DNA from: Candidatus Multivoradales bacterium | GTDB taxonomy: Bacteria; Acidobacteriota; Thermoanaerobaculia; Multivoradales; JAHEKO01 | Direction: 5' to 3' | NCBI GenBank assembly: GCA_965223855.1 | Contig: CBDCXM010000009.1 | Span: forward strand, 1,152,001 to 1,216,000 | Length of the DNA: 64,000 nucleotides | Shown here: in pieces, positions 1-10,796 of the stretch | Layout of the letters: the number at the start of each line of letters is the position of its first letter | Position numbering within the stretch: the stretch's first letter is position 1 | The notes under the pieces: generated by a model | Database searches by the model: none | Told to the model about the DNA's origin: nothing | The model's input: only the letters and a program-made list of their open reading frames with translations | Made by a program: the position numbers and the translations under genes

Positions 1-1
1 G

Positions 2-948
<947 letters not shown>

Positions 949-952
<4 letters not shown>

Positions 953-2604
953 GAGCGTTCCTCGAGCGACTCGAGCGGGCGCAACCGTCGTCGCGATCCG
1001 GGCGGCGCTGGCTCTACGTCCCTTACGACCAGCTCAGCGACGCGATCGGCCCGCTGTCGCGCGAGCCGTCCGATTCGATCGGCATCGTCCTCGTCGAGTG
1101 CGCCGGCAAGGCGGCGCGGCGGCCCTATCACCGCCAGAAGCTGGCACTGGTGCTCGCCAACCAGCGCCACTTCGCGCTCGAGCAGGCGGCGCGCGGAGTG
1201 GCGGTGGACTATCGCTTCGCCCGGGACTCCTATCTCGAGGCGCTCGAGCCGGCCGTCTCGGAGCACGGCGGGCTCGAGATGATGGCGGCCGCCGAGCGGG
1301 AACTCTCGCGGGAGCTCGAACCGCTGTTCGGCGACGGGATCGAGGTGACGCCCCACGAGGGATGGCTGACGACCGCCGAACAGTTCGCGGCCGCGGGGCC
1401 GGCGCCGTGGCGGATGGACCGCTTCTACCGGAAGGTTCGCCAGGACACGGGGCTGCTGATGATCGACGGACGCCCGGAAGGAGGCAAGTACAGCCACGAC
1501 GCCGACAACCGGAAGCCGTGGCGGGGGGAGCCTCCGGTGCCCCGCCCGCCGAGGTTCCGTCCGGACGACGTCACGCTCGAGGTGGGCGAGCTCGTCCGCT
1601 CGCGCTTCGACCGCCACCCGGGCCGCCTCGACCTGGAGGCGCTGCCGGCGACCGCCGGGGACGCCGAGGCCTGCTGGACATGGGCGCTCGAGGAGTGTCT
1701 CGAGCACTTCGGTCCCTACGAGGACGCGATGTCCGCTCGTTCGCGCAGTCTCTTCCACACGAGGATCTCGCCGCTGCTGAACCTCCATCGTCTGCTCCCG
1801 AGTCGGGTCGTGGCCGACGTGGCGGCGTCCGCGGTGCCGCTGTCGAGTCGCGAGGGTTTCGTGCGTCAGGTCCTCGGCTGGCGGGAGTTCGTGCGGCACG
1901 TCCATCGCGAGACGGACGGCTTCCGGGAGCTTCCCGGTGGAGGCTTCGTTCCAGAGGGAGGGCACTCCGGCGACGGAGGGTGGAGCGGATGGACCGGGGA
2001 GAGCTGGGCCGAGACTTCCTCGCCGGCAGCTTCGGGCGACGGCGGGGCGAGGCCTTCGGTCCTCGGGGCCGACCGCCCTCTACCGCCGGCGTTCTGGGGC
2101 GAGCCGTCAGGCCTCGCTTGTCTCGACCGGGTGGTCGACGAGGTGTGGTCCCAGGGTTACACCCACCACATCCCGCGCCTGATGGTGCTGTCGAACCTCG
2201 CCGCCCTGCTCGACGTCGACCCGCGCGAGCTCACCGACTGGTTCTGGGTCGCCTTCGTCGACGCCTACGACTGGGTGGTCGAACCCAACGTCCTCGGTAT
2301 GGGGACCCACGCGGCCGGCGACGTCATGACGACGAAGCCCTACGTCTCGGGCGCCAACTACATTCATCGGATGAGCGACTACTGCGCCGAGTGCCGGTTC
2401 GACCCGAAGTCGAACTGCCCGGTGACGCCGCTCTACTGGGCCTACCTCGCCCGGCATCGCGAGCGCCTTGCGGGCAACCGAAGGATGTCGCTCGTCTACG
2501 GTTCGCTGTGGAAGCGCTCGGAGGAGCGAAGGCAGGAGGACGCCGCCGTCTTCGCGCGCACGTCCCGGGCGCTCGAACGCGGAGAGCGACTGGAGCCGCG
2601 ATGA
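949..2604 (+). CDS. Cryptochrome/photolyase family protein, FeS-BCP (CryB/PhrB-like, prokaryotic 6-4 photolyase type)
   Basis: GTG overlaps the upstream stop (GTGA). Motifs PYDQLS, YHRQKL, FGPYEDAM, HHIPRLMV, DAYDWV, TKPYVSGANYI; four Cys (LAC, YCAEC, NCP) fit a 4Fe-4S cluster. Confidence 0.88.
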
Positions 2605-4109
2605 GCGAGCGCAAACCGATCTTCCTCACCGGAGCGACCGGCTACATCGGGGGTCGTCTCGTGCCGCGGCTGCTCGACCGTGGTTGGAGGGTGCGCTGCC
2701 TGACGAGGAGCGCCGGCAAGCTCGCCAGCCGGGCGTGGTCGGAGCGCGAAGGTGTCGAGACGGTCGAGGGGGACGTGGCCGATCCGTCGCTCGCCGACCG
2801 AATGCGTGGCTGCGGCACCGCCTACTACCTCGTTCACTCGATGCTCGCCGCCGGGTCCGGGTACGCCGAGAGGGATCGCGAGCTGGCTCGCAACTTCGCT
2901 CGCGCAGCCGCCGAAGCGGGTTGCGAGCGCATCGTCTACCTCGGAGGCCTCGGAGAGACCGGAGAGGGGTTGAGCCGGCACCTGAGCTCGCGGCGCGAAG
3001 TGGAGGACGCTCTGGCCGAGGGCCCCGTGCCGGTGACGACGCTTCGCGCGGCGATGATCATCGGCTCGGGCTCCGCGTCGTTCGAGATTCTGCGCTACCT
3101 CGTCGAGCGGCTGCCGATCATGGTGACGCCCCGCTGGGTGCGCACACCGTCCCAGCCGATCGCGGTGAGCAATGTTCTCGAGTATCTGGAGAGGGTGCTC
3201 GAGGTGCCGGAGACGATCGGCGACACCCTCGACATCGGCGGGCCGGAGGTGCTGTCCTATCGGCAGATTCTGGAGCGGATGGCCGAGTGCCGAGGGCTGC
3301 CGCGCAGGTGGATCGTGCCGGTGCCGGTCCTCACGCCGCGACTGTCGTCGCTGTGGATTCACCTGGTGACCCCGCTGAGTCGCGACATCGCCCGCCCGCT
3401 GGCCGAAGGTCTGCGCAACCCGGTCGTCTGCCGGGATCACCGGGCCGTCGAGCTGATACCGCAGAAGCTGCTGACGGTGAGCGAGGCGATCCGGGCGGCG
3501 CTCGGACACCTCGACGACGACCGGGTCGAGACCGCGTGGAGCGACGCCGGGGTCGTGCCGGGAGATCCCGACTGGGCCGGTGGCACCACCTTCCGCGATC
3601 CGAGAGCGACCGCCATCGCGGCACCGCCCGCTGAGGTGTTTCGCGCTATCCGCAGGATCGGCGGAGGCAACGGGTGGTACGCCGCCGACATCCTGTGGCG
3701 GATCCGTGGCTGGATGGATCGTCTGGTGGGAGGACCGGGGCTGCGTCGCGGACGGCGACAGCGGGAGCGTCTCGGCTACGGTGACGCGCTCGACTTCTGG
3801 CGTGTCACCGGGATCGAGGAGGATCGCTATCTACGCCTGCGGGCGGAGATGAAGGTGCCCGGAGAGGCGGTCCTCGAGTTCGAGATCGAGCCCCGGCGGG
3901 GCGGCAGCCGCCTGCTGCAGACGGCGCTCTTCAAGCCGCGCGGCCTCTTCGGCATGCTCTACTGGTATGCGGTGGTTCCGCTGCACGGCTTCGTGTTCCG
4001 CGGCATGCTCGAAGGGATCCGCCTCGAGGCGGAGCGGCTCTCTGCTGCGGAGCAGGCCGAGGAGCAAGCAGAGGAGAAGGCGGCGGGGGAAGGAGAAGCG
4101 CCCGCATGA
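2601..4109 (+). CDS. Atypical SDR/NAD(P)-binding oxidoreductase with C-terminal DUF2867 (YbjT-like)
   Basis: TGATGYIGG Rossmann motif, YYLVHSM, IIGSGSASFE; C-terminal GDALDFWRV and LRAEMKVPG. ATGA overlap with the upstream gene. Confidence 0.85.
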   Translation: MSERKPIFLTGATGYIGGRLVPRLLDRGWRVRCLTRSAGKLASRAWSEREGVETVEGDVADPSLADRMRGCGTAYYLVHSMLAAGSGYAERDRELARNFARAAAEAGCERIVYLGGLGETGEGLSRHLSSRREVEDALAEGPVPVTTLRAAMIIGSGSASFEILRYLVERLPIMVTPRWVRTPSQPIAVSNVLEYLERVLEVPETIGDTLDIGGPEVLSYRQILERMAECRGLPRRWIVPVPVLTPRLSSLWIHLVTPLSRDIARPLAEGLRNPVVCRDHRAVELIPQKLLTVSEAIRAALGHLDDDRVETAWSDAGVVPGDPDWAGGTTFRDPRATAIAAPPAEVFRAIRRIGGGNGWYAADILWRIRGWMDRLVGGPGLRRGRRQRERLGYGDALDFWRVTGIEEDRYLRLRAEMKVPGEAVLEFEIEPRRGGSRLLQTALFKPRGLFGMLYWYAVVPLHGFVFRGMLEGIRLEAERLSAAEQAEEQAEEKAAGEGEAPA

Positions 4110-5473
4110 CACTGACGACGATCAATCCGGCGACCGGCGAGGCGATCCGCAGCTACGAGCAGCACTCCGCCGACGAGATCGAGTCGATCCTCGAGCGAGC
4201 GAACCGCTCCTTCGAGGGCTGGCGACGGAGCTCGTTCGAAGATCGCGCGGCCCTGTTGCGTGAGGTGGCGTCGCTCCTGCGCTCACGCCTGCGCCCCTAC
4301 GCCGAACTGATGGCGATCGAGATGGGCAAGCCGCTCGCACAGGGAGAGGCGGAGGCGGAGAAGTGCGCGTGGGTGTGTGAATACTACGCCGATCGTGCGG
4401 CCGACTTCCTTGCCGACGAGCCGGTCGAAACCGACGCCGGCGAGAGCTTCGTCGCCTGCCGCCCGCTGGGCGCCGTGCTGGCGGTGATGCCGTGGAACTT
4501 CCCTTTCTGGCAGGTGCTCCGCTTCGCCGCCCCGTCGCTCGCGGCCGGCAACACGGCGGTGCTCAAGCACGCCTCGAACGTCACCGGTTGTGCGCTGGCG
4601 ATCGAGACGCTGTTTCGCGACGCCGGCGCCCCGGCCGGTCTCTTCCAGACGCTGGTCGTCGATCGCGAGCGGGTCGGAGACGTCATCGACGACTCGCGTG
4701 TCCGCGCGGTCACCCTGACCGGGTCGGTCGGCGCCGGACGCGCGGTCGCCGCTCGCGCCGGCCGCGCGCTCAAGAAGACGGTGCTGGAGCTCGGCGGGAG
4801 CGACCCCTACCTGATTCTCGCGGATGCCGACCTCGAGAGCGCGGTCGAAGCGTGCGTCACCAGCCGGATGATCAACAGCGGGCAGAGCTGCATCGCCGCC
4901 AAGCGTTTCGTCGTCGTCGAGTCGATCGCCGAAGACTTCGAGCAGCGGCTCGTCGCCGCCATGGAACAGCAGCGGATGGGCGACCCGTTCGAGCGCGGGA
5001 TCGACCTCGGCCCGCAGGCGCGAGCCGATCTGCGCGACGAGCTCCACGACCAGGTGACCGCGAGCATCGATGCCGGCGCCCGCTGCCTCCTGGGAGGCGA
5101 AGTGCCGGAGCAGCCGGGGGCGTGGTATCCGCCGACGGTGCTCACCGACGTCGTGGCGGGCATGCCGGCGAGCGACGAGGAGCTGTTCGGCCCGGTGGCC
5201 GCGATCCTCGAGGTGGAAAGCGAGGAGGAGGCGATCGAGGTCGCCAACGCCAGCAGTTTCGGCCTCGGCGCGGCGGTCTTCTCGCGCGACGAGAAGCGCG
5301 CGCGCACGATCGCCAGGGAGCGCCTCGAGGCGGGGAGCTGCTTCGTCAACGACTTCGTGCGCTCCGATCCGCGGCTGCCCTTCGGCGGGATCAGGGACTC
5401 CGGCTACGGCCGCGAGCTGGGATCGCTCGGCATTCGCGAGTTCGTGAACGCCAAGACGGTCTGGGTGAGCTGA
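4106..5473 (+). CDS. NAD(P)-dependent succinate-semialdehyde dehydrogenase-like aldehyde dehydrogenase
   Basis: MPWNFP, LKHASN, LELGGSD, GQSCIAAKR, EELFGPV, PFGG..SGYGRE. Confidence 0.9.
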   Translation: MTLTTINPATGEAIRSYEQHSADEIESILERANRSFEGWRRSSFEDRAALLREVASLLRSRLRPYAELMAIEMGKPLAQGEAEAEKCAWVCEYYADRAADFLADEPVETDAGESFVACRPLGAVLAVMPWNFPFWQVLRFAAPSLAAGNTAVLKHASNVTGCALAIETLFRDAGAPAGLFQTLVVDRERVGDVIDDSRVRAVTLTGSVGAGRAVAARAGRALKKTVLELGGSDPYLILADADLESAVEACVTSRMINSGQSCIAAKRFVVVESIAEDFEQRLVAAMEQQRMGDPFERGIDLGPQARADLRDELHDQVTASIDAGARCLLGGEVPEQPGAWYPPTVLTDVVAGMPASDEELFGPVAAILEVESEEEAIEVANASSFGLGAAVFSRDEKRARTIARERLEAGSCFVNDFVRSDPRLPFGGIRDSGYGRELGSLGIREFVNAKTVWVS

Positions 5474-5492
5474 CGAGCCGGCGCCGTAGGCC

Positions 5493-6101
5493 TCACGGGC
5501 CGCGGTCCGACTCCGCCGGTCTCCGCACGTCGGCTTCGGTGACGATGGCCGTCATCCGCAGGTCGTGGTCCTCGGCCGGCAGGCGATCGATCAGCTGCGC
5601 TTCGAATGCGAGCCCGATCGCGACGATCCCGGTGGCGGCGAGGAAGCGATCGAAGTAGCCGCCGCCGTGGCCGAGGCGGAAGCCGCGGGAGTCGAAGCCG
5701 AGGCCGACGAGGAGAGCCAGATCGATCCGGGCCGGATCGATCTCCGGCGCCGCGGCGGTCGGCTGCTCGAGACCGAACGGGAGGGTTTCGAGCGGCGAGT
5801 CCCAGGGGTGGAGCGTCAGGAGCGAAGAGCCGGCCGCGATCCTCGGCAGCACGAGTCGTTTGCCCGCTGTCAGCAGGCCTTCGTTGAGGGGCGCCGTGTC
5901 CGGCTCGATGCCGAACGACCTGCAGACGAGGAGCGCTCGTGCCTGTCGGACTTCGGGGAGGGCGAGTGCCCTCTCGGCGAGCGCTCGCGAGTTCGCTTCG
6001 CGATTCCCGATCTCCGCGAGACGCTCGCGCATCGCGTTCCTGAGGGCGCGCTTGGCTCGCGAGCGGTCTTCGCCCCGCCCGTGGTTTTCCCGAACGCTCA
6101 C
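5493..6101 (-). CDS. ygfA: 5-formyltetrahydrofolate cyclo-ligase
   Basis: KRALR N-terminus, GLGFD..GFRLGHGGGYFDRFL, PAEDHD. GTG start overlaps the upstream stop. Confidence 0.88.
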   Translation of the reverse strand: MSVRENHGRGEDRSRAKRALRNAMRERLAEIGNREANSRALAERALALPEVRQARALLVCRSFGIEPDTAPLNEGLLTAGKRLVLPRIAAGSSLLTLHPWDSPLETLPFGLEQPTAAAPEIDPARIDLALLVGLGFDSRGFRLGHGGGYFDRFLAATGIVAIGLAFEAQLIDRLPAEDHDLRMTAIVTEADVRRPAESDRGP

Positions 6102-6529
6102 GGCGAACGAAGAGTCAGGGAGACCAGCCACAGAAACCGCAGCGACCAGGCAGCCGTGCGGATCCAGTTGGTCGCCACGAGGCGCCGATGCGCGGCCTCG
6201 TCGAAGCCGGTCTCGAGACGTCGGTGAAGAGGAATCTGGAGGAAGGCGGTCGAAGCCCAGGCGAGAACGACGAGGGCGAAGGCGACTGCCGTCTCGAGCG
6301 GGGTCACCTCCGGTGGTGGTAGGACCAGCCAGATCGCCGCCAGGACGAGCTCCGCGATCATCATCGGCGCCACCACCGGAGTGATGCGCAGGGAGTGCGA
6401 TCGGTGAAAGTGCCGGAACTCCTCCGGCGCCACACGGTCGAACAGCGGGTAGTGCACACACTGGACCACCCAGATCAGCCCGGTGAGGTAGGCGGTGACG
6501 GCGAGCTGCAGCGCGAGAAAGAGGGGCAT
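6098..6529 (-). CDS. Conserved 4-TM membrane protein, function unknown
   Basis: Four hydrophobic segments; GLIWVVQ.VHYP, QIPLH, NWIRT. Confidence 0.75.
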   Translation of the reverse strand: MPLFLALQLAVTAYLTGLIWVVQCVHYPLFDRVAPEEFRHFHRSHSLRITPVVAPMMIAELVLAAIWLVLPPPEVTPLETAVAFALVVLAWASTAFLQIPLHRRLETGFDEAAHRRLVATNWIRTAAWSLRFLWLVSLTLRSP

Positions 6530-6567
6530 CGGGATGGGTTGACAGAGCCTCCATGGCACCCTATCAT

Positions 6568-6583
6568 TTTTGAGCGCCCAAAA
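6568..6583. promoter_or_regulatory. Palindromic operator TTTTGAGC/GCCCAAAA (DtxR/MntR-like)
   Basis: 16-bp inverted repeat with one mismatch, in an AT-rich patch between divergent genes and upstream of the TonB receptor. The regulator family is inferred. Confidence 0.5.
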
Positions 6584-6630
6584 TAACTCTAGCGAGGGTG
6601 CGAAACCCCCCTGGAACGAGGCTCGAAGAG

Positions 6631-8880
6631 ATGAGGAAACTGACCGGCAGGTTCGCATGGCTCGCTGCGCTGGCGACGGCCGCAGCCGCCTCCGGTGAAG
6701 AGTGCCGGTTGGCGGGGAGGGTCGTCGATCCGGCCGGTAGGCCGGTGGCGGCGACGGTGACCGTGGTCGGCGGCGGGGCGAGCCGGACGACCGACGCCGA
6801 AGGCCGCTTCTGCTTCGACGCTCTCGAGACCGGTCGCCACGAGCTGGTGGTCGTCGCTCCGGGCTTCTCGATCGGCGGTGGGAGCGTCGAGCTCGGCGAC
6901 GCCGACCGGGAGATCGAGATCCCGCTCGCACCGGCGTTCGGCGAGGAGGTCGTCGTCACCACCACGGGGACCGAGCGGCGGCTCGCGGACTCTCCGATTC
7001 ACGTTCAGACGTTCGGCAGGCGGCAGCTCGAGGACGTCGCCGCCCGCACCCTGGCCGATGCGGTGGAGTGGACACCGGGCCTGCGGGTCGAGAGCAACTG
7101 CCAGAACTGCAGTACCACTCAGGTGCGGATGCTGGGGCTCGACGGTGCCTACACTCAGCTCCTCGTCGACGGACAGCCGACGGTCTCGTCGCTGGCACTG
7201 GTCTACGGCGTCGAGCAGCTCCCCGCGCGGCTGATCGACTCGATCGAGGTGGTCAAGGGGGGAGCGTCGGCGCTCTACGGCGGCGGAGCGATCGCCGGGG
7301 TCATCAATCTGATTCCGCATGACGCCTCGTCGAACGGCGTGGTCGTCGAGACGAGAGCTTCCCAGATGGGCGGTGTGCCCGGCTCTTCTCTGAACGCCGG
7401 AGTGGACTGGGTCGGGAGCGCCGGTCGCACCTCCTGGACCCTCTACGGTCAGCGCGACCGGGTCGGAGCCGCCGATCTCGACGGCGACCAGTTCACCGAG
7501 GTGACGCGCCGTCGCTTCGAGGCGCTCGGGCTTCGAGGGGCGCGCTACCTCTTCGCCGACCGGGCACGGCTGTCGATCGATCTGAGCGCGACCGCGGAAG
7601 ACCGGCGCGGCGGCGATCTGGCTGCCATCGACCTGCCGCCGGAGGCGTCGCGCGTGGCCGAGGAGATCGTGAGCGAACGCTCCGGCGGCTCGATCGCCTG
7701 GCTCCACTCGGCCCGTTCCGGTGCCTTCGACTACCGCCTTGCGGCGTCGTACTCGCGAACCGAGCGAGACAGCTACTACGGCAGCGATTTCGACCCCGAC
7801 GCCTACGGCTCGACCGACAATCCGCTGTGGGTGTTCGACGCCCGGATCCATCACTACCGCGACCGCGGGACCTTCACCTGGGGGCTCCAGCGCTCCGAGG
7901 AGCGGATCGACGACCGGCAGCCCGGCTACGACCGCTTCCTGGCCGAGCGATATCGCAGCACCGGCCTCTTCGGGCAGCACGACGTGCGCCTCGGACGCCG
8001 GGTGACGGCGCTCTACGGCGCCCGGATCGACGAGCATTCGGGTCTCGACGAGCCGATCGTTTCGCCGCGCGGGGCGCTCCTGTGGGCACCGCGCGACAAC
8101 GTGGCGGTGCGGGCGGCGGTGGCGCGCGGCTTCCGGCCGCCGATCTCCTTCGACGAGGATCTGCACATCGCTCTCGTCGGCGGGGGTGAGACCCGGGTGG
8201 TGCGCAACGCCTCCGATCTCGAGCCGGAGACCTCGCTCAACCGCTCACTCAGCTTCGAGTGGCGTCCGGAGGTGGGTCGCAGCGGCTCGGCACTCCTGGA
8301 GGCGCAGCTCTTCCGTACGACGATCGACGGGCTGTTCCACTCCGTCGAGACCGACGACCCGGCGACGGCGCAGATCGAGCTCACCAAGATCAACCAGGGG
8401 GCGGCGACAGTCGAGGGGATCGAGGTGAGCGGGGCCTTTCGCTGGCGCTCGGCATGGTCCGTGGAGGCCGGCTTCGTGCGGCAGCAGGCGCGCTTCGGCG
8501 ATCCGGAACCCGACTTCGGCAGCCGCGACTTCTTCCGCACGCCGGAGCGCTACGGCAACGCCCTCGTCTCCTGGACGCCGGGCCCGGCCGACGTCTTCCT
8601 CGGCCTGCGCTACACCGGGTCGATGAAGGCGCCCCACTACGCAGGCTTCATCGACACCGACAGGCTGGAGACGACGCCGTCCTTCCTGACCGCCGACCTC
8701 AACGTCGCCCGGACGATCCCTCTCGGCGACGCGGCCTCTGTGCGACTGTCGATCGGAGCCCGCAACCTCACGGACGCCTACCAGCGCGACCTCGACCGCG
8801 GGCCCCTGCGCGACCCGAGCTACGTCTACGGCCCGCGCTTTCCGCGGTCGCTGTGGGTGGGCCTCAGGTTCCAGCGGTGA
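6631..8880 (+). CDS. TonB-dependent receptor (CQNC plug subtype)
   Basis: Signal peptide, carboxypeptidase-regulatory-like N-domain, EEVVVT TonB box, IEVVKGGASALYG, beta-barrel C-terminus. Confidence 0.92.
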   Translation: MRKLTGRFAWLAALATAAAASGEECRLAGRVVDPAGRPVAATVTVVGGGASRTTDAEGRFCFDALETGRHELVVVAPGFSIGGGSVELGDADREIEIPLAPAFGEEVVVTTTGTERRLADSPIHVQTFGRRQLEDVAARTLADAVEWTPGLRVESNCQNCSTTQVRMLGLDGAYTQLLVDGQPTVSSLALVYGVEQLPARLIDSIEVVKGGASALYGGGAIAGVINLIPHDASSNGVVVETRASQMGGVPGSSLNAGVDWVGSAGRTSWTLYGQRDRVGAADLDGDQFTEVTRRRFEALGLRGARYLFADRARLSIDLSATAEDRRGGDLAAIDLPPEASRVAEEIVSERSGGSIAWLHSARSGAFDYRLAASYSRTERDSYYGSDFDPDAYGSTDNPLWVFDARIHHYRDRGTFTWGLQRSEERIDDRQPGYDRFLAERYRSTGLFGQHDVRLGRRVTALYGARIDEHSGLDEPIVSPRGALLWAPRDNVAVRAAVARGFRPPISFDEDLHIALVGGGETRVVRNASDLEPETSLNRSLSFEWRPEVGRSGSALLEAQLFRTTIDGLFHSVETDDPATAQIELTKINQGAATVEGIEVSGAFRWRSAWSVEAGFVRQQARFGDPEPDFGSRDFFRTPERYGNALVSWTPGPADVFLGLRYTGSMKAPHYAGFIDTDRLETTPSFLTADLNVARTIPLGDAASVRLSIGARNLTDAYQRDLDRGPLRDPSYVYGPRFPRSLWVGLRFQR

Positions 8881-9368
8881 GCCGGCTCGCCGGTCTCGCT
8901 CTCGCCTTCGCAGTGACCGGACTGTCGGCCGATGCTCCGGCGACCGGCTCTCTCTGGGACGACCTCGGGTTCCGCGATCTCGACGGTCGCGAATGGAGGC
9001 GCCCGGAGCTCGAAGGGCGGGTCGTCCTGCTCGACTTCTGGGCCACCTGGTGCGCCCCCTGCCTGGCGCAGTTCCCGGTCTTCCGCGAAGCTCTCGAGCG
9101 CTTCGGCGACGACGGACTTCTCATCGTCGGCGTGTCGATGAACGAGAGCGATCGCGCCACGCTCGAGCGCTTCCTCGCCAGCCGCGATGTCGGCTGGCCG
9201 CAGGTCCACGACGGCCGCGGGCTCACCGGGCCGCTGGCACGCAGGTTCGACGTCACCGCTCTGCCGCGAACGGTTCTGGTGGATCGTCGCGGCAGGGTGG
9301 TGGGAGTCGATCTCGAGGCCGAGCTGCTGCTTGCCGCCTTGCCGGCACTGCTGTCGACCGAGCGATGA
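8877..9368 (+). CDS. TlpA/ResA family thiol:disulfide oxidoreductase
   Basis: LLDFWATWCAPC, ALP cis-Pro motif, signal peptide. GTGA overlap with the receptor gene. Confidence 0.88.
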   Translation: MSRLAGLALAFAVTGLSADAPATGSLWDDLGFRDLDGREWRRPELEGRVVLLDFWATWCAPCLAQFPVFREALERFGDDGLLIVGVSMNESDRATLERFLASRDVGWPQVHDGRGLTGPLARRFDVTALPRTVLVDRRGRVVGVDLEAELLLAALPALLSTER

Positions 9369-9393
9369 GTTGACAGCTCTCGTTGGGCAGCAG

Positions 9394-10593
9394 TCAGGGC
9401 CTGCGATCGGCGGCCCGGCGGCTCAGCTCCACCCGCAGACGAGTTTCGTGGGGCCCTTCCTGCTCTTCGAAGAGGAGAGTGACGAGACCCTCTCCGGGTC
9501 TTTCCCACGAGGTCGTCGCCCGACCGGGGGCTGGGAGCAGGGGATCGGGGAGGGAGAACGGTTCGAGCTCGCCTCGGATGGCGAGCTCCGGATGGTGGAC
9601 GAAGACGAGGTCGGCGGTGTCCTCGGTGCTGAGCCGATATTGGTGTGTCGTGCCAGGCCTGTTGTCCAGGTGATAGGTGAACCACACCCCGACCGAGGGG
9701 CGGTAGGTGATCGCCTGGAGAATCTGCCGACCCCCCCACGAAAGCACGGAGAGCACTCCGCAACCGTTCTGAAACCGGGCGGCAACGAGGCGGGCTGGCC
9801 AGCTCTCGCCACGTTCGTTCGTGGCTTCGCCGCGCCAGTCGCCTTCGAGCCAGTCGAAGCGGTGGAACGGGCGCTCCGTGCAGTGAGAACCGTCGAACCA
9901 GTCGGGCAGCGGCTGCCCCACTTTCGGTAGCGTCAGGCCCTCTACCTTGCGCCGGAACTCCGTGATCTGACCCGGTCGCCAGGTGTCGCCCGAGTCCCTG
10001 GTCTCTGCACTGTCCCAGCGAAGTCGCGCGGGGTGGATGTCGGAGAAGGTGTAGCGACGGGTGACCAGGCCGGCGTCATCCGTCCAACTCGAGTAGAGCT
10101 GTACCCGACCGTGCCGCATGCCTCCCTGCAGTTGATCCAGGTAGGCGTAGCTCTTGTCGGGTCCGGCCCAGTTCTGTGCCATCACCCAACGCTGCCTGGC
10201 GGGGTCGAAGTAGCGAATGGAGAAGCCCTGAGTCCGGCTCCCGTCCTGAACGGTCTGGCCGCGGGCGAGCTCGACGAGGGCCTTGCCGTGGAGGACCGGG
10301 AAGATCCAGGCATCGGTGGTCTCCGTTGAATCTGCGTTCTCGAGTCGGCCCTCGACAGCAGCGCGCCAGTTCGCCTCCCAGGCTCCGATCCAGAAGTCGA
10401 ACTGCCGACTCGGACCCTGGTCGAAGGGGGGCTTCACCTGTCCACCGAACGCCTCCAGGAGGCTCTCGGTCTCGTTGATGTGCTCGGCAGCAGTGCCCGG
10501 GCCGGCAAGGCACACCGAGGCCGTCGCGACGATCGCGAATGTACGGAGTCCCGGGGTGGCGAAACGGAAGACCGATGGCAAGCTTCGGATCAT
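9394..10593 (-). CDS. Secreted protein with two DUF1579-like beta-barrel repeats
   Basis: Signal peptide; repeated motif FDFWIGAW / FDWLEGDW; GGAGG RBS 5 nt before the ATG. Confidence 0.65.
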   Translation of the reverse strand: MIRSLPSVFRFATPGLRTFAIVATASVCLAGPGTAAEHINETESLLEAFGGQVKPPFDQGPSRQFDFWIGAWEANWRAAVEGRLENADSTETTDAWIFPVLHGKALVELARGQTVQDGSRTQGFSIRYFDPARQRWVMAQNWAGPDKSYAYLDQLQGGMRHGRVQLYSSWTDDAGLVTRRYTFSDIHPARLRWDSAETRDSGDTWRPGQITEFRRKVEGLTLPKVGQPLPDWFDGSHCTERPFHRFDWLEGDWRGEATNERGESWPARLVAARFQNGCGVLSVLSWGGRQILQAITYRPSVGVWFTYHLDNRPGTTHQYRLSTEDTADLVFVHHPELAIRGELEPFSLPDPLLPAPGRATTSWERPGEGLVTLLFEEQEGPHETRLRVELSRRAADRRP

Positions 10594-10719
10594 GAGCACC
10601 TCCTGGCGTGCGGGACACGGCCGGGCGCGGCGCGCCTCTGACCGCCACGGTAGGACCTTGGTCCCCGGGCCGCTATCAGGATCGTGCTCGGTAGGCGAAC
10701 GGGCGCCCGGTGGTAGCGG

Positions 10720-10785
10720 GCGCCGGGACGCTCGTCAGGTCGGCCCTTGAGACCGACGACGGCCTCGGAGCGAGCGCCCCGGCGC
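10720..10785 (-). other. Intergenic nested stem-loop
   Basis: 15-bp arms (10720-10734 and 10771-10785) enclose a GTCGG..CCGAC hairpin. Mismatches become G-U pairs on the minus strand. Confidence 0.4.
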
Positions 10786-10796
10786 GATGACCACTT

